Shown here: positions 26,220-35,157 of the stretch, in pieces
How the letters are laid out: each line of letters opens with the position of its first letter
Numbering within the stretch: the first letter of the stretch is position 1
NCBI GenBank assembly: GCA_045631485.1
Contig: JAZQUU010000022.1
Coordinates: forward strand, 11,298-75,297
DNA from: Clostridia bacterium
GTDB lineage: Bacteria; Bacillota; Clostridia; UMGS1840
Direction of reading: 5' to 3'
Length of the DNA stretch: 64,000 bases
The notes under the pieces: model-generated
What the model saw: only the letters and a program-made list of their open reading frames with translations
Databases searched by the model: none
Told to the model about the DNA's origin: nothing
Translations under genes and position numbers: made by a program

Positions 26220-26801
26220 ATGGGATATGTGATTTCGTTTTTTTGGATATGGGGAATTATATTTCTGGCAATCAACCAAAATTTGGGAGAATTGGCTAAC
26301 ATCATTACCAATGCCGCCGAAAGCTGCGGCACATTTGTGATAAAGCTATTGTTTTTAACCGCCTTTTTCTCGGGAATGATAAAAATTGCAGAAGAAATCG
26401 GATTGACAAAATTGTTATCGAAGATGTTGTCCCCCGTTCTGAAAAAATTGTTTCAAACAAACAACCAAAAGGCCTTGCAAAAAATGTCTGTGAATATTTC
26501 GGCAAATATGCTTGGCATCGGAAATGCGGCAACCCCATCCGGTCTTTTGGCGATGGAGGAGCTTGATAAAGAAGCCAAAGGCGGTGTTCCCTCTCCAGAT
26601 ATGTGCCGCTTTATTCTGTTTAACACCTGTTCGGTGCAACTGATTCCCACCACGGTAATCGGTCTTCGGGCAATGGCAGGGTCAAAATCACCCTCCTCGG
26701 TGGTGATACCCGTTCTGATAACGGGATTTTTGGGATTGGCTTGTGCCTTACTGTTATGCAAATTGGCTCTGTCTGTTAAGAAACGGAGGGAGCAAAGATG
26801 A
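26220..26801 (+). CDS. spmA: Spore maturation protein A (nucleoside-recognition domain)
   Basis: 193-aa membrane ORF with ...GMIKIAEEIGL... and NISANMLGIGNAATP motifs typical of SpmA. Overlaps spmB by 4 nt. Confidence 0.8.
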   Translation: MGYVISFFWIWGIIFLAINQNLGELANIITNAAESCGTFVIKLLFLTAFFSGMIKIAEEIGLTKLLSKMLSPVLKKLFQTNNQKALQKMSVNISANMLGIGNAATPSGLLAMEELDKEAKGGVPSPDMCRFILFNTCSVQLIPTTVIGLRAMAGSKSPSSVVIPVLITGFLGLACALLLCKLALSVKKRREQR

Positions 26802-27328
26802 TTTCTGCATTATCAAACGGTGCACTCCCTTTATTTTTTCTTACCTTGTTTGTCGTCGCTTTGCTAAGAAAAAAGGACTCCCTTTCCGCATTCACAATGG
26901 GTGCCAAAGAGGGATTTTCCGCAATTGCCAAAATCACACCCAACATTCTTGCGATTATGGTGTCTATCGCCGTTTTCAGAGAATCGGGAGCCTTAGATTT
27001 CTGTTTAACATTACTTTCTCCGCTCTTTCGCGCCTTTAAAATCCCGGAAGGAATCGGTGAGCTGATTCTGGTGCGTCCCATTTCGGGAAGCGGTGCTATG
27101 GTGCTCTTATCCGATATTTTTAAAAAATTCGGAGCAGACAGTTATGAGGGGCTTTTGGCATCGGTGATTTGTGCATCCACAGAAACCACGATTTATACCG
27201 TCACCGTTTACTTTGCCGTAACCCGTGTGAAACAAACAAAACTCCCCTTACTGCTTGGATTATGTGCAGATATTTTGGTCATTTTTCTTGCTATGCTGAC
27301 GGTCAATCTGTTTCTCTGCCCTGCTTGA
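26798..27328 (+). CDS. spmB: Spore maturation protein B
   Basis: 176-aa membrane ORF with the RPISGSGA motif, paired with spmA. Confidence 0.8.
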   Translation: MISALSNGALPLFFLTLFVVALLRKKDSLSAFTMGAKEGFSAIAKITPNILAIMVSIAVFRESGALDFCLTLLSPLFRAFKIPEGIGELILVRPISGSGAMVLLSDIFKKFGADSYEGLLASVICASTETTIYTVTVYFAVTRVKQTKLPLLLGLCADILVIFLAMLTVNLFLCPA

Positions 27329-27393
27329 CATTTTTTAAAAAATATGCTATGATAAAATAAAGTAACACCAAAGGAAACGGAGCGTTTATCGCT

Positions 27394-28098
27394 ATGAAAA
27401 AAATTGCATTGGTAACCGGTGCCGGCCGCGGAATCGGAAAAGAAATTGCAAAAAAACTGCAGGAAGACGGTTATTTTGTGATTGCCAACAGTAAGAATAC
27501 CGAAATAGAAAATACAAAAACACAAGAGGGATATCGGGCAGATGTGTCTGATTCCTCTCAAGTGTCTGAGATGATAGAAACCATTATCAAAAAACACGGC
27601 AAAATTGATGTGTTGGTCAACAATGCAGGCATTGCTCAACAAAAATTATTTACCGATATTTCGGAATCCGATTGGGACACCATGATGGATACCAATTTAA
27701 AAAGTATGTTTTTGGTGACCAAAGCGGTGTTGCCTTATATGATTCACGAAAAAAGCGGTGCAATCTTAAATATTTCTTCTATTTGGGGAATGGTGGGTGC
27801 TTCCTGCGAGGTGCATTATTCTGCCGCAAAAGCAGGGGTGATTGGCTTTACCAAGGCTCTTGCCAAGGAAGTGGCGCCAAGCAACATCCGTGTAAACTGT
27901 GTGGCACCCGGCATTATCAAAACCGATATGTTAAATGATTTCAGTGAAGAAGATTTAGCAGATCTCTCAGAAGAAACGCCTCTCGGAAAATTGGGAACTC
28001 CCCGTGATATTGCCGAGGCAGTCAGCTTCTTGGTATCGGAAAAAGCAAGCTTTATCACAGGTCAGATATTAAGCTCCAACGGAGGGTTTGTGATATGA
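27394..28098 (+). CDS. SDR-family oxidoreductase (3-oxoacyl-ACP reductase-like)
   Basis: TGAGRGIG, NNAG and YSAAK motifs. 234 aa. Confidence 0.8.
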   Translation: MKKIALVTGAGRGIGKEIAKKLQEDGYFVIANSKNTEIENTKTQEGYRADVSDSSQVSEMIETIIKKHGKIDVLVNNAGIAQQKLFTDISESDWDTMMDTNLKSMFLVTKAVLPYMIHEKSGAILNISSIWGMVGASCEVHYSAAKAGVIGFTKALAKEVAPSNIRVNCVAPGIIKTDMLNDFSEEDLADLSEETPLGKLGTPRDIAEAVSFLVSEKASFITGQILSSNGGFVI

Positions 28099-28535
28099 TG
28101 CTTTTGGATTTTAAGCCTGAGCACGAAGCCGAATTTTATGGGATGTGCCTTGATTTTTTCTCCTCTCCTGCGGTCTGTCACCAAATTAAAGAAGAGGATA
28201 TGAAAACCACCTTTGACCTTGCCGTAAAAGGTTCTCCCTATCTTCGGGGGCTTGTGATGACCGATAAAGATAACATTTTGGGATATGTGCTTCTATCCTT
28301 TACCTATTCCAACGAGGTGGGCGGAATGGTAGTCTGGATTGAAGAACTTTATGTGAAAGAAGCATATCGAAATCAGGGCTTTGGAAAGCAAGCACTTGAT
28401 TGGATTATCAAAGAATACAAAGAAACCACAAAGCGATTCCGTCTGGAGGTAACCGAAGAAAACAAAGGTGCAAAAAAACTCTATCGCAGTTTTGGGTTTG
28501 ACATTCTCCCCTACCAACAAATGACTTTGGAATAA
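28095..28535 (+). CDS. GNAT-family N-acetyltransferase
   Basis: RNQGFGKQAL acetyl-CoA-binding motif. 146 aa. 4-nt overlap with the SDR gene. Confidence 0.75.
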   Translation: MMLLDFKPEHEAEFYGMCLDFFSSPAVCHQIKEEDMKTTFDLAVKGSPYLRGLVMTDKDNILGYVLLSFTYSNEVGGMVVWIEELYVKEAYRNQGFGKQALDWIIKEYKETTKRFRLEVTEENKGAKKLYRSFGFDILPYQQMTLE

Positions 28536-28555
28536 ATGTTTCTGAAAACAAAAAA

Positions 28556-28596
28556 AAACAAAAAACCGTAAGAGAAAAACTCTTACGGTTTTTTTC
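28556..28596. terminator. Bidirectional intrinsic terminator
   Basis: AAAAA-AACCGTAAGAG-aaaaa-CTCTTACGGTT-TTTTT between convergent genes. Confidence 0.75.
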
Positions 28597-28606
28597 TGTT
28601 TTGGAA

Positions 28607-28777
28607 TTAGTCTTCCACAGGAGCACCTACGGGGCAAACACCTGCGCAAGTACCGCAATCGATGCAAGCATCTGCATCAATTTCATATTTGCTGTCACCT
28701 GCGGTAATACAGCTTACCGGGCATTCAGCTTCACATGCACCACAGCTGATGCATTCATCAGTAATTTTAAAAGCCAT
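28607..28777 (-). CDS. 2x[4Fe-4S] ferredoxin
   Basis: MAFKITDECISCGACEAECP...CIDCGTCAGVCP, i.e. two CxxCxxCxxxCP motifs. Start placed at MAFKI. Confidence 0.9.
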   Translation of the reverse strand: MAFKITDECISCGACEAECPVSCITAGDSKYEIDADACIDCGTCAGVCPVGAPVED

Positions 28778-28872
28778 TGGAAAACACCTCCTCATATTGT
28801 TGGTTATATCTTACTACATTTTTTTTGAAATTTCAATAGTTTTTTTGATTTTTTTGTATTTTTTTATTTTTC

Positions 28873-29619
28873 TCACAAATTTATATCTAATCCAATCGGG
28901 CAATGGTCGCTTCCCAAAATATCGGCGTAAATCACGCTATCGGAAACACTTGGCATAATCCCCTCGGAAACAATAAAATAATCAATTCTCCAACCCACAT
29001 TTTTGGCTCTGGCAGAGAATCGGTAAGACCACCAGGTATAGGCATCTGCAGTATCGGGATAAAGAGTACGGAAGGTATCGGAAAAGCCGGACGCTAAAAG
29101 CTCGGTCATTTTACCTCGTTCTTCATCGGAAAAGCCTGCATTCTGACGGTTGGTTTTGGGATTTTTTAAGTCAATTTCTTCGTGTGCCACATTTAAGTCA
29201 CCGCATAAAATTACGGGTTTTGGCAAGCTTTTTAAGTATGCTCTGAAATCGTCTTCAAATTCCATACGGTAATCCAAACGCTTTAATTCCTGCTGAGCGT
29301 TTGGTGTGTAACAGTTTACCAAATAAAAATCGGGAAATTCCAAAGTGATTACTCTGCCCTCATCGTTATGCTTATCGCCAATACCGTAGGCAACACTCAA
29401 AGGCTTCTCTTTGGTAAACACTGCAGTTCCGCTATATCCTTTTTTCTCGGCACTATGCCAATACTGATGGTAGCCATCTAAATTTAATTCTGCTTGTCCT
29501 TCCTGCATTTTGGTTTCCTGAATGCAGAAAATATCTGCATTTTCCCGAGAAAAGAAATCCAAAAAACCTTTGGTTAGACAAGCTCGAAGTCCGTTTACAT
29601 TCCAGGAAATGAGTTTCAT
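28873..29619 (-). CDS. xth: Exodeoxyribonuclease III
   Basis: [13 protein letters not shown]..., QETK and the C-terminal SDHCP motif. 248 aa. Confidence 0.9.
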   Translation of the reverse strand: MKLISWNVNGLRACLTKGFLDFFSRENADIFCIQETKMQEGQAELNLDGYHQYWHSAEKKGYSGTAVFTKEKPLSVAYGIGDKHNDEGRVITLEFPDFYLVNCYTPNAQQELKRLDYRMEFEDDFRAYLKSLPKPVILCGDLNVAHEEIDLKNPKTNRQNAGFSDEERGKMTELLASGFSDTFRTLYPDTADAYTWWSYRFSARAKNVGWRIDYFIVSEGIMPSVSDSVIYADILGSDHCPIGLDINL

Positions 29620-29826
29620 ATTTTTGCTCCTCCTTTTTTGATATGTTTAGTATAGCATATCCTTTTACTTTTGTATAGAGGAATTTTTATAATGTCACAC
29701 AAAAGAAAAAGAACGGCTTTTTTCTAAAAAAGCCATTCTTTTCCCCAAAGATGTTGCATTCTGCCGTAAACACAGAATGCGGTAGTAAAAAAAGGATGAA
29801 AAAAGTATGAATGGTTGATAAATTAC

Positions 29827-29988
29827 TTATTTCTTCGCAAAGGATTTACAGTCGGTACACTGGTCCATAGCAGGATTTAATTCGTGGGTACCGATGGTAA
29901 CACAGTCTAAAGAACAGTAGTTTTCGGAATTGCAATGATGTTTACACTGCTGCACGGTGCATTTGATAGCATGGTTTGCCTGATTCAT
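29827..29988 (-). CDS. DUF1540-family small cysteine-rich protein (53 aa; below the ORF-track cutoff)
   Basis: Own translation gives MNQANHAIKCTVQQCKHHCNSENYCSLDCVTIGTHELNPAMDQCTDCKSFAKK. A GGAGG SD lies 9 nt upstream. The C.V..C.HH......C......I pattern is typical of DUF1540. Confidence 0.7.
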   Translation of the reverse strand: MNQANHAIKCTVQQCKHHCNSENYCSLDCVTIGTHELNPAMDQCTDCKSFAKK

Positions 29989-30111
29989 ACAAAAAAGCCT
30001 CCTTGTTTTTTATTGGTTTTTTTAGTTCATTTGAAAAGGAATCGTCTTTTCACTTTTACTATGGGCTTTTCTTCGTCAAAATATACACTGAGCAATTAAA
30101 TTTTTTAAAAA

Positions 30112-30372
30112 TTAAAAAAATAATAAAAATGCCACAACCGCTATCAAAAGCTGATTATCCGTGTCTTCCGAAAGAAGCAATAACAGCAGTCCGATTAAAA
30201 GCAAGTCATCGGTTTCCAAATTTTTAAAAAAATTTGGGGCTTTCTTCTCCGTTATTTTTTTTGGCGACATCTCGCATTCTCGTTCCCCGGACGGCTCCGC
30301 TATGCCGGAGGGAAACTTTGGCATTGCACTTTCTTTGGTGGTATAAACCCGTTTGGGAATTGACTGATACAT
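30112..30372 (-). CDS. Hypothetical small protein with a Leu-rich hydrophobic C-terminus
   Basis: 86-aa ORF with an AGGAGA SD 8 nt upstream. The C-terminus reads DDLLLIGLLLLLLSEDTDNQLLIAVVAFLLFF. Third gene of a three-gene minus-strand unit. Confidence 0.55.
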   Translation of the reverse strand: MYQSIPKRVYTTKESAMPKFPSGIAEPSGERECEMSPKKITEKKAPNFFKNLETDDLLLIGLLLLLLSEDTDNQLLIAVVAFLLFF

Positions 30373-30404
30373 CCCGCATTTCTCCTATTCCTATGTATCC
30401 TTTA

Positions 30405-30758
30405 TCACTTGATTTTTTTCATATCCGAAAACACATGAAGCGCCTGCAATGCCCGTAGCATCGTGTCCACCTTGGGTTGACGGGATGCACGCAAATACGG
30501 TTTTAAAGCCGATAAAAGCGCCGCTTCTTTGGTGTTTTGTGCCTGACGGAATTTTCCCATCATATCGGTAAAACGGCTCATCATTGCAGCGGTATTGATA
30601 AAGTCATCCGTGTCGTTGGCGGAGGGAGAAACGGGCAACGGTACCGACGGATTTTTGGTATCAGAACTTTTGGAATCGGTGGGATTCGGATTGTTTTCAC
30701 TATCCCCCAACAAATTCTGAAGCATTCCCATCACAAGATTTTTATCAAATTCTGCCAT
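30405..30758 (-). CDS. Hypothetical protein (disordered N-half, helical C-half)
   Basis: 117-aa ORF packed between two other small ORFs on the same strand. I recognise no family. Confidence 0.5.
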   Translation of the reverse strand: MAEFDKNLVMGMLQNLLGDSENNPNPTDSKSSDTKNPSVPLPVSPSANDTDDFINTAAMMSRFTDMMGKFRQAQNTKEAALLSALKPYLRASRQPKVDTMLRALQALHVFSDMKKIK

Positions 30759-30780
30759 ATCCTTTTTTCACATCCTCTTT

Positions 30781-31020
30781 TTATTTCATACGGTCAATCA
30801 TATTGAGAAAATCCTTGTTTTGAGATTGAAACAAAGATTTCAGCAACTGATTTTTATCCTGATTGGAAAGAGAGCGGAGCATATCGGCAATATCCTTTTG
30901 GTCCATACGGGAAAACGCCTGCTGAACCGTTGGATTTTCGGATAACGCTTTTGCTCTTTCCATTGCAGATTTCACTTTTTTGGGGTCCATTCCTCGAAAA
31001 AGTTCTTCCCAGCCTGCCAT
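30781..31020 (-). CDS. Hypothetical small helical protein
   Basis: 79-aa ORF with an AGGAGG SD 10 nt upstream. Confidence 0.55.
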   Translation of the reverse strand: MAGWEELFRGMDPKKVKSAMERAKALSENPTVQQAFSRMDQKDIADMLRSLSNQDKNQLLKSLFQSQNKDFLNMIDRMK

Positions 31021-31099
31021 AAAATAAGTTCCTCCTTTTAAAAAAGGAGCGGCATATTTTATGCTTGTTTTGGTTATTTTGATTATTTTTCATTATTAC

Positions 31100-31128
31100 A
31101 GTATATGCCGCATCCTCGTTTGATATGT
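31100..31128 (-). promoter_or_regulatory. Sigma-E-like promoter upstream of the three small genes
   Basis: Minus strand reads aACATATCa, 13 nt, CATATACT. The CATA-to-CATA distance is 20 nt. Confidence 0.4.
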
Positions 31129-31298
31129 TTTTAATAGAATAATAATAAGAAAACTAAGAGAAAGAATAATAATGAGCTGTCGCCTTTCATCATGTCGCCC
31201 CCTTTCATTTACAAGATATGCCAAATCTATGATTTGGTTATAAAAAGAAAGGCACAAGGAAAGAATAAAGGCAACAAGAAAAAAAGGAGACGGAAGAT

Positions 31299-31454
31299 AT
31301 GTTTGCAAACAAAAACGAACAAGGCAATCGAAAAACAAAAAATCAAAATAACGAAAATTTTTTCTGGAATTTGTTTTTACAAACCGGCAGAATTGACGCC
31401 TATCTTCTGTTAAAAGAGGAAGAATCGGAAGAAAATAACAAACCAAAAACATAA
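31299..31454 (+). CDS. yqzL: YqzL-family small protein (51 aa; below the ORF-track cutoff)
   Basis: Own translation gives MFANKNEQGNRKTKNQNNENFFWNLFLQTGRIDAYLLLKEEESEENNKPKT. The W...F..TG.IDAYLL motif is the YqzL hallmark. An AGGAGA SD lies upstream and a terminator follows. Confidence 0.7.
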   Translation: MFANKNEQGNRKTKNQNNENFFWNLFLQTGRIDAYLLLKEEESEENNKPKT

Positions 31455-31488
31455 AAAAACTGTTGCTTTCGCAACAGTTTTCTTTTTT
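31453..31488. terminator. Bidirectional intrinsic terminator
   Basis: AAAAAA-ACTGTTGC-tttc-GCAACAGT-TTTCTTTTTT. Confidence 0.75.
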
Positions 31489-31493
31489 GATGA

Positions 31494-32063
31494 TTATTTA
31501 ATAGGGTTTCCTTCCCCGTCAAAAAGCGGGAGGGGTTCCAAGTAAATATAGTCGGGGTTTCCGATGGCGTCACCTTCTGCTAAAACTGCCATTTTTCCCA
31601 CGATATTGCCGCCTGCCAAGGTGACAAGTTTTTCCAAAGCACGAAGAGATTCGCCGGTGCTGATTACATCATCCACAATTAAAACCCGTTTCCCGCGAAG
31701 CATTTCGGTTTCTCTTTCCCCAATGCAAAGGGTTTGAGTTTTGGCGGTGGTGATGGAATCCACATTGGTGGTAATCAAGTTTTTCATATAAAGCTTGGGG
31801 CCTTTTCTGGCAACCACATAGTGATTAACGCCTTCCTGACGCGCCATTTCGCAAATTAAGGGAATTCCTTTTGCTTCCGCAGTAACAAGCACATCGTGCT
31901 CGGGTGCTTTCTTTAGGAGCTCACGGGCACAGTTTTCGGTCAATTCCACATCGCCGAACATAATAAAGGCACCGATATTTAAGTTTTCTCCAATGGGGCA
32001 TAGAATCAAGTCTCTTGTGCAACCCGCTATGGTCATTTGATAAGCTGTTTTCATGGGTATCAA
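31494..32063 (-). CDS. Phosphoribosyltransferase-family protein (purine PRT-like)
   Basis: PRPP-binding motif VLIVDDVISTGES. 189 aa. The true start may be the MKTAYQ Met. Confidence 0.65.
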   Translation of the reverse strand: MIPMKTAYQMTIAGCTRDLILCPIGENLNIGAFIMFGDVELTENCARELLKKAPEHDVLVTAEAKGIPLICEMARQEGVNHYVVARKGPKLYMKNLITTNVDSITTAKTQTLCIGERETEMLRGKRVLIVDDVISTGESLRALEKLVTLAGGNIVGKMAVLAEGDAIGNPDYIYLEPLPLFDGEGNPIK

Positions 32064-32138
32064 CTCCTTTTCTTTATTATACTAAAACGAGTTTAATTTT
32101 TCAATATTTTTTAGAATTTTTTAGAAATTTTCGAAAAA

Positions 32139-32690
32139 TCATTCTTCTTTATCAAAAAAATCGGTTTCGGTTATCACATAATCGACGGGAACATCCCACA
32201 CGCCGGGATAAACCGTTTCCACAAAAAGTTCCCCGTAGCACAATCCCACAGTGGTGCCGTAAAAATCTTCTAAATAACGGTCGTAATATCCTGCTCCGTA
32301 ACCCATACGAAAATTTAAGCGGTCATATCCCAAGGCAGGCACAACAATTAAATCAATCAGTTCCTTGGGGAAAGGTTTTTCTAAGGCAGGCTCCATAATG
32401 CCAAAAGAAGATTTGATAAAATCCTCTTCTCCCTCTGCCAAAACCGCAATCATTTCGCTAGCAGAAACACACTTGGGAAACACGCACACTTTTCCTGCTT
32501 GTTTGCAGGCTTCCCAAAGAGCGTTGGTTTCCACTTCTCCTTTGGCGCTGCGGTAGAGCATCACCACCTCGGCATTTAAAAACGCCTCTGTTTCCAAGAA
32601 CCGATTGACAATCTGTTGGGATTTGATTTCTTTTTCGCATAAAAGATTTCGTTTTTCACGAAGCTCTTTTCGTAATACCTCTTTACTCAT
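32139..32690 (-). CDS. 5-formyltetrahydrofolate cyclo-ligase
   Basis: 183 aa. The N-terminal LRKELREKR.. and the GYGAGYYDRYL motif are typical of the family. Confidence 0.8.
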   Translation of the reverse strand: MSKEVLRKELREKRNLLCEKEIKSQQIVNRFLETEAFLNAEVVMLYRSAKGEVETNALWEACKQAGKVCVFPKCVSASEMIAVLAEGEEDFIKSSFGIMEPALEKPFPKELIDLIVVPALGYDRLNFRMGYGAGYYDRYLEDFYGTTVGLCYGELFVETVYPGVWDVPVDYVITETDFFDKEE

Positions 32691-32704
32691 AACATCCGCT
32701 CCTA

Positions 32705-32735
32705 CAAAAAAAGACGGGAAAACCCGTCTTTTTTC
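32705..32735 (-). terminator. Intrinsic terminator directly after the SCIFF gene
   Basis: Minus strand reads AAAAA-AGACGGG-tttt-CCCGTCT-TTTTTTT. Confidence 0.7.
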
Positions 32736-32750
32736 ATGGTTGTAACAAAA

Positions 32751-32891
32751 TTATTTCTGTTCACATTTCTGGTTTGCAACGGTGCAAGAAGTTTTGCAAG
32801 CAGACTGGCAAGAAGTCTGGCATTCGCCGCAACCTTTTTTTGCTAAGTTTTCAGCTAAGTTTTTGGTGGTTAAGGTTTTAATCTGTTTCAT
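32751..32891 (-). CDS. scfA: SCIFF (six cysteines in forty-five residues) ranthipeptide precursor, 46 aa (below the ORF-track cutoff)
   Basis: Own translation gives MKQIKTLTTKNLAENLAKKGCGECQTSCQSACKTSCTVANQKCEQK. The GCGECQTSCQSACKTSCTV core matches the SCIFF consensus I recall almost exactly. It has six Cys. Confidence 0.85.
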   Translation of the reverse strand: MKQIKTLTTKNLAENLAKKGCGECQTSCQSACKTSCTVANQKCEQK

Positions 32892-32908
32892 AATGGTTAA
32901 TTCCTTTC

Positions 32909-33301
32909 TTATCTTCTGCGTTTTGTTTTCTTATTAATTCCGAAGATTCCGCCAATCATCGACAAAATCAAAAGAATCAAACTGTTTAACAGGCGGAGAG
33001 GCTTTCCTGCAATGAGTTCAACCACAAGATATCCCACAACGAAGAGCACTCCTGCCCAAAATCCCTTGACAATCCCTTTCTGTTTGGCACGCTTTGCTCC
33101 GCGATACCCTGCAAAAAAGGCTGCAAGATATGTAAGAATTCCGACTACCCAGGGAATCCACGCCGTGGGTAGGGAGAAGATATGAAATATCAGCGCAAAA
33201 ACCGCCACTGTACTGATTAAAAACAACCAACTTGTAATGGCTGCACCGATCACCCGTTTACCCACGGAAGAAACACCTTCTCTTTCGGAATTGTTCATCA
33301 A
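32909..33301 (-). CDS. Small integral membrane protein of the family usually found between yajC and SCIFF in Clostridia
   Basis: 130-aa ORF with four predicted TM segments. The position between yajC and scfA matches the conserved neighbourhood I recall. Confidence 0.6.
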   Translation of the reverse strand: MMNNSEREGVSSVGKRVIGAAITSWLFLISTVAVFALIFHIFSLPTAWIPWVVGILTYLAAFFAGYRGAKRAKQKGIVKGFWAGVLFVVGYLVVELIAGKPLRLLNSLILLILSMIGGIFGINKKTKRRR

Positions 33302-33331
33302 TTATCACTCCTTATATGATATCGTTATCAC

Positions 33332-33360
33332 ATTGTATGAGTGAACTGATGAAACTATGC
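33332..33360 (-). promoter_or_regulatory. Sigma-E-like promoter upstream of the membrane protein / SCIFF pair
   Basis: Minus strand reads GCATAGTT, 14 nt counted after CATAGT, then CATACAAT (a perfect recalled -10). It overlaps the yajC stop. Confidence 0.4.
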
Positions 33361-33642
33361 TTTTTCTTTCACTTTCACTTCTTTGATTGCCCATTTGTGC
33401 ACACAAAGAGTAGATTTGCTTTCAGCGTCACCTTTACCGGTTTCTAAAACAACGGTGGTGTCTTTTAACTGAACGATTTTACCTTCAATACCGCCGATGG
33501 TGATGATTTCGTCACCTTTTTCCATAGCAGCGATCATTTCGTTAAATTTTTTCTTTCTTTTCTTCTCCGGTAACATGATCATAACATAGAATAAAACAAT
33601 CATCAGAACCAGAGGAAGTAATCCCATTAACTGAGCAGGCAT
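33355..33642 (-). CDS. yajC: Preprotein translocase subunit YajC
   Basis: 95 aa with a single N-terminal TM segment followed by ...PEKKRKKKF.EM...L.KGD.I.T.GGI.G.I. Confidence 0.85.
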   Translation of the reverse strand: MPAQLMGLLPLVLMIVLFYVMIMLPEKKRKKKFNEMIAAMEKGDEIITIGGIEGKIVQLKDTTVVLETGKGDAESKSTLCVHKWAIKEVKVKEKA

Positions 33643-33760
33643 TTAATTCACCTTCTTTCAAAGTTTCGCTTTATTTTCGCATTCCATTATACACTATTCT
33701 CCTAAGATTTTCAAGTGTTTTTGGGAAATAATTTTATTTTAGGCAAATTTCTTTCTCAAA

Positions 33761-35155
33761 TTAGTCTGCTTTATGCCATTTAACCCCTTCGCGGGTATCT
33801 TCAATCACAATTCCCATCGCAAGAAGCTCTGCACGGATTTCGTCTGCACGGGCGAAATTTTTTTCCTTTTTGGCAGCGGTTCTTTCCGCAATCTTTTCTT
33901 CAATCAAAGCCACATCCACATCGGAGGACTCTTCTTCTCTTGCAATATTTAACACGCCGGTTAATTCACTAAGAACTGCTTTTGCAGCTTCCACATAGCC
34001 TTTGGTGGCATTTTCTTTGGTGTTGGTGTTGATTTCACGAACCAGTTCAAAAATGATACCGATAGCTTCTGCGGTATTTAAATCGTCATCCATAGCGGTG
34101 ATGAATTTTTCACGATAAGAATTTAGGGTTTCCTGTTCTGCATCCAAAATTGCACCGTCCGCCACTTTATCGGACAGGAAATCCAGATTGTTCAAGCAAG
34201 TAACAATTCTTCCCAAGCCTGTTTTTGCCTGCTCCAACAGTTCGTCGGAGAAGTTGATGGGGCTTCTGTAATGAGCGGAAAGCATAAAGAAACGAAGCAC
34301 ATCATAGGGGAATTTTTCCGCCAAATCACGCACGGTGAAGAAATTACCCAAAGATTTTGACATTTTTCGGTTATCAATATTGATATAGCCGTTATGCATC
34401 CAATAGTTTGCAAAAGGTGCACCGTTTGCCGCTTCGGACTGCGCAATTTCGTTTTCGTGATGGGGGAAGGATAAATCCTTACCACCGCAATGAATATCGA
34501 TGGTTTCACCCAAATATTCATTTACCATGGCACTACATTCAATATGCCAACCGGGACGACCTTCTCCCCAGGGAGATTCCCAAGCGGGTTCCCCCTCTTT
34601 TTTTGCTTTCCAGATAGCAAAATCCATAGGGTCTTTTTTATCTTCATTCACATTGATTCTGGCACCTGCTTCCAGATCTTCCAAGGGTTGATGGGAAAGT
34701 TTACCGTAATCTTTGAACTTTTTGGTTTCAAAATAAACGTCACCGTTTGCTTCGTAGGCATAACCTTTTTCAATTAAGGTTTCGCACATTTTGATAATCT
34801 GCGGGATAACATCGGTTGCTCTGGGATGAACATCCGCTTCTTTTACTCCAAGACCTTTGGCATCGGTGTAGTATTCTTTGATAAAGCGGTCTGCCAATTC
34901 TCTTACGGTGATCCCCTCTTCATTGGCACGCTTAATCATTTTATCGTCAATATCGGTAAAATTCTGCACGAATTTAACGTCATAACCACGATATTCAAAA
35001 TATCTTCTTAAGGTATCAAAAATGATAAACGGACGGGCATTTCCCAAATGGAAATAGTTATACACGGTAGGTCCGCAAGCATAAATTTTTACTTTATTTT
35101 CTTCTAAAGGCTTAAATTCCTCTTTTTGCATGGTTAAGGTATTAAAAATTTTCAT
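33761..35155 (-). CDS. cysS: Cysteine--tRNA ligase
   Basis: HIGH-type motif HLGNARP and KMSKS are both present. 464 aa. Confidence 0.93.
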   Translation of the reverse strand: MKIFNTLTMQKEEFKPLEENKVKIYACGPTVYNYFHLGNARPFIIFDTLRRYFEYRGYDVKFVQNFTDIDDKMIKRANEEGITVRELADRFIKEYYTDAKGLGVKEADVHPRATDVIPQIIKMCETLIEKGYAYEANGDVYFETKKFKDYGKLSHQPLEDLEAGARINVNEDKKDPMDFAIWKAKKEGEPAWESPWGEGRPGWHIECSAMVNEYLGETIDIHCGGKDLSFPHHENEIAQSEAANGAPFANYWMHNGYINIDNRKMSKSLGNFFTVRDLAEKFPYDVLRFFMLSAHYRSPINFSDELLEQAKTGLGRIVTCLNNLDFLSDKVADGAILDAEQETLNSYREKFITAMDDDLNTAEAIGIIFELVREINTNTKENATKGYVEAAKAVLSELTGVLNIAREEESSDVDVALIEEKIAERTAAKKEKNFARADEIRAELLAMGIVIEDTREGVKWHKAD

Positions 35156-35157
35156 AG

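Noticed and set aside
29989-30111. Forespore-type (sigma-G/F-like) promoter GTATA-18-CATAGTA upstream of the DUF1540 gene
   Set aside because: It is only a partial match to the consensus I recall (G at a position that should be A/C/T), and it is a single instance. It is mentioned in a finding but not listed as a feature.
31096-31452. 118-aa minus-strand ORF in the ORF track
   Set aside because: It is low-complexity and AT-driven, with no SD. It lies antisense to the well-supported YqzL-family gene (31299-31454) and across a promoter region. Judged to be a shadow ORF.
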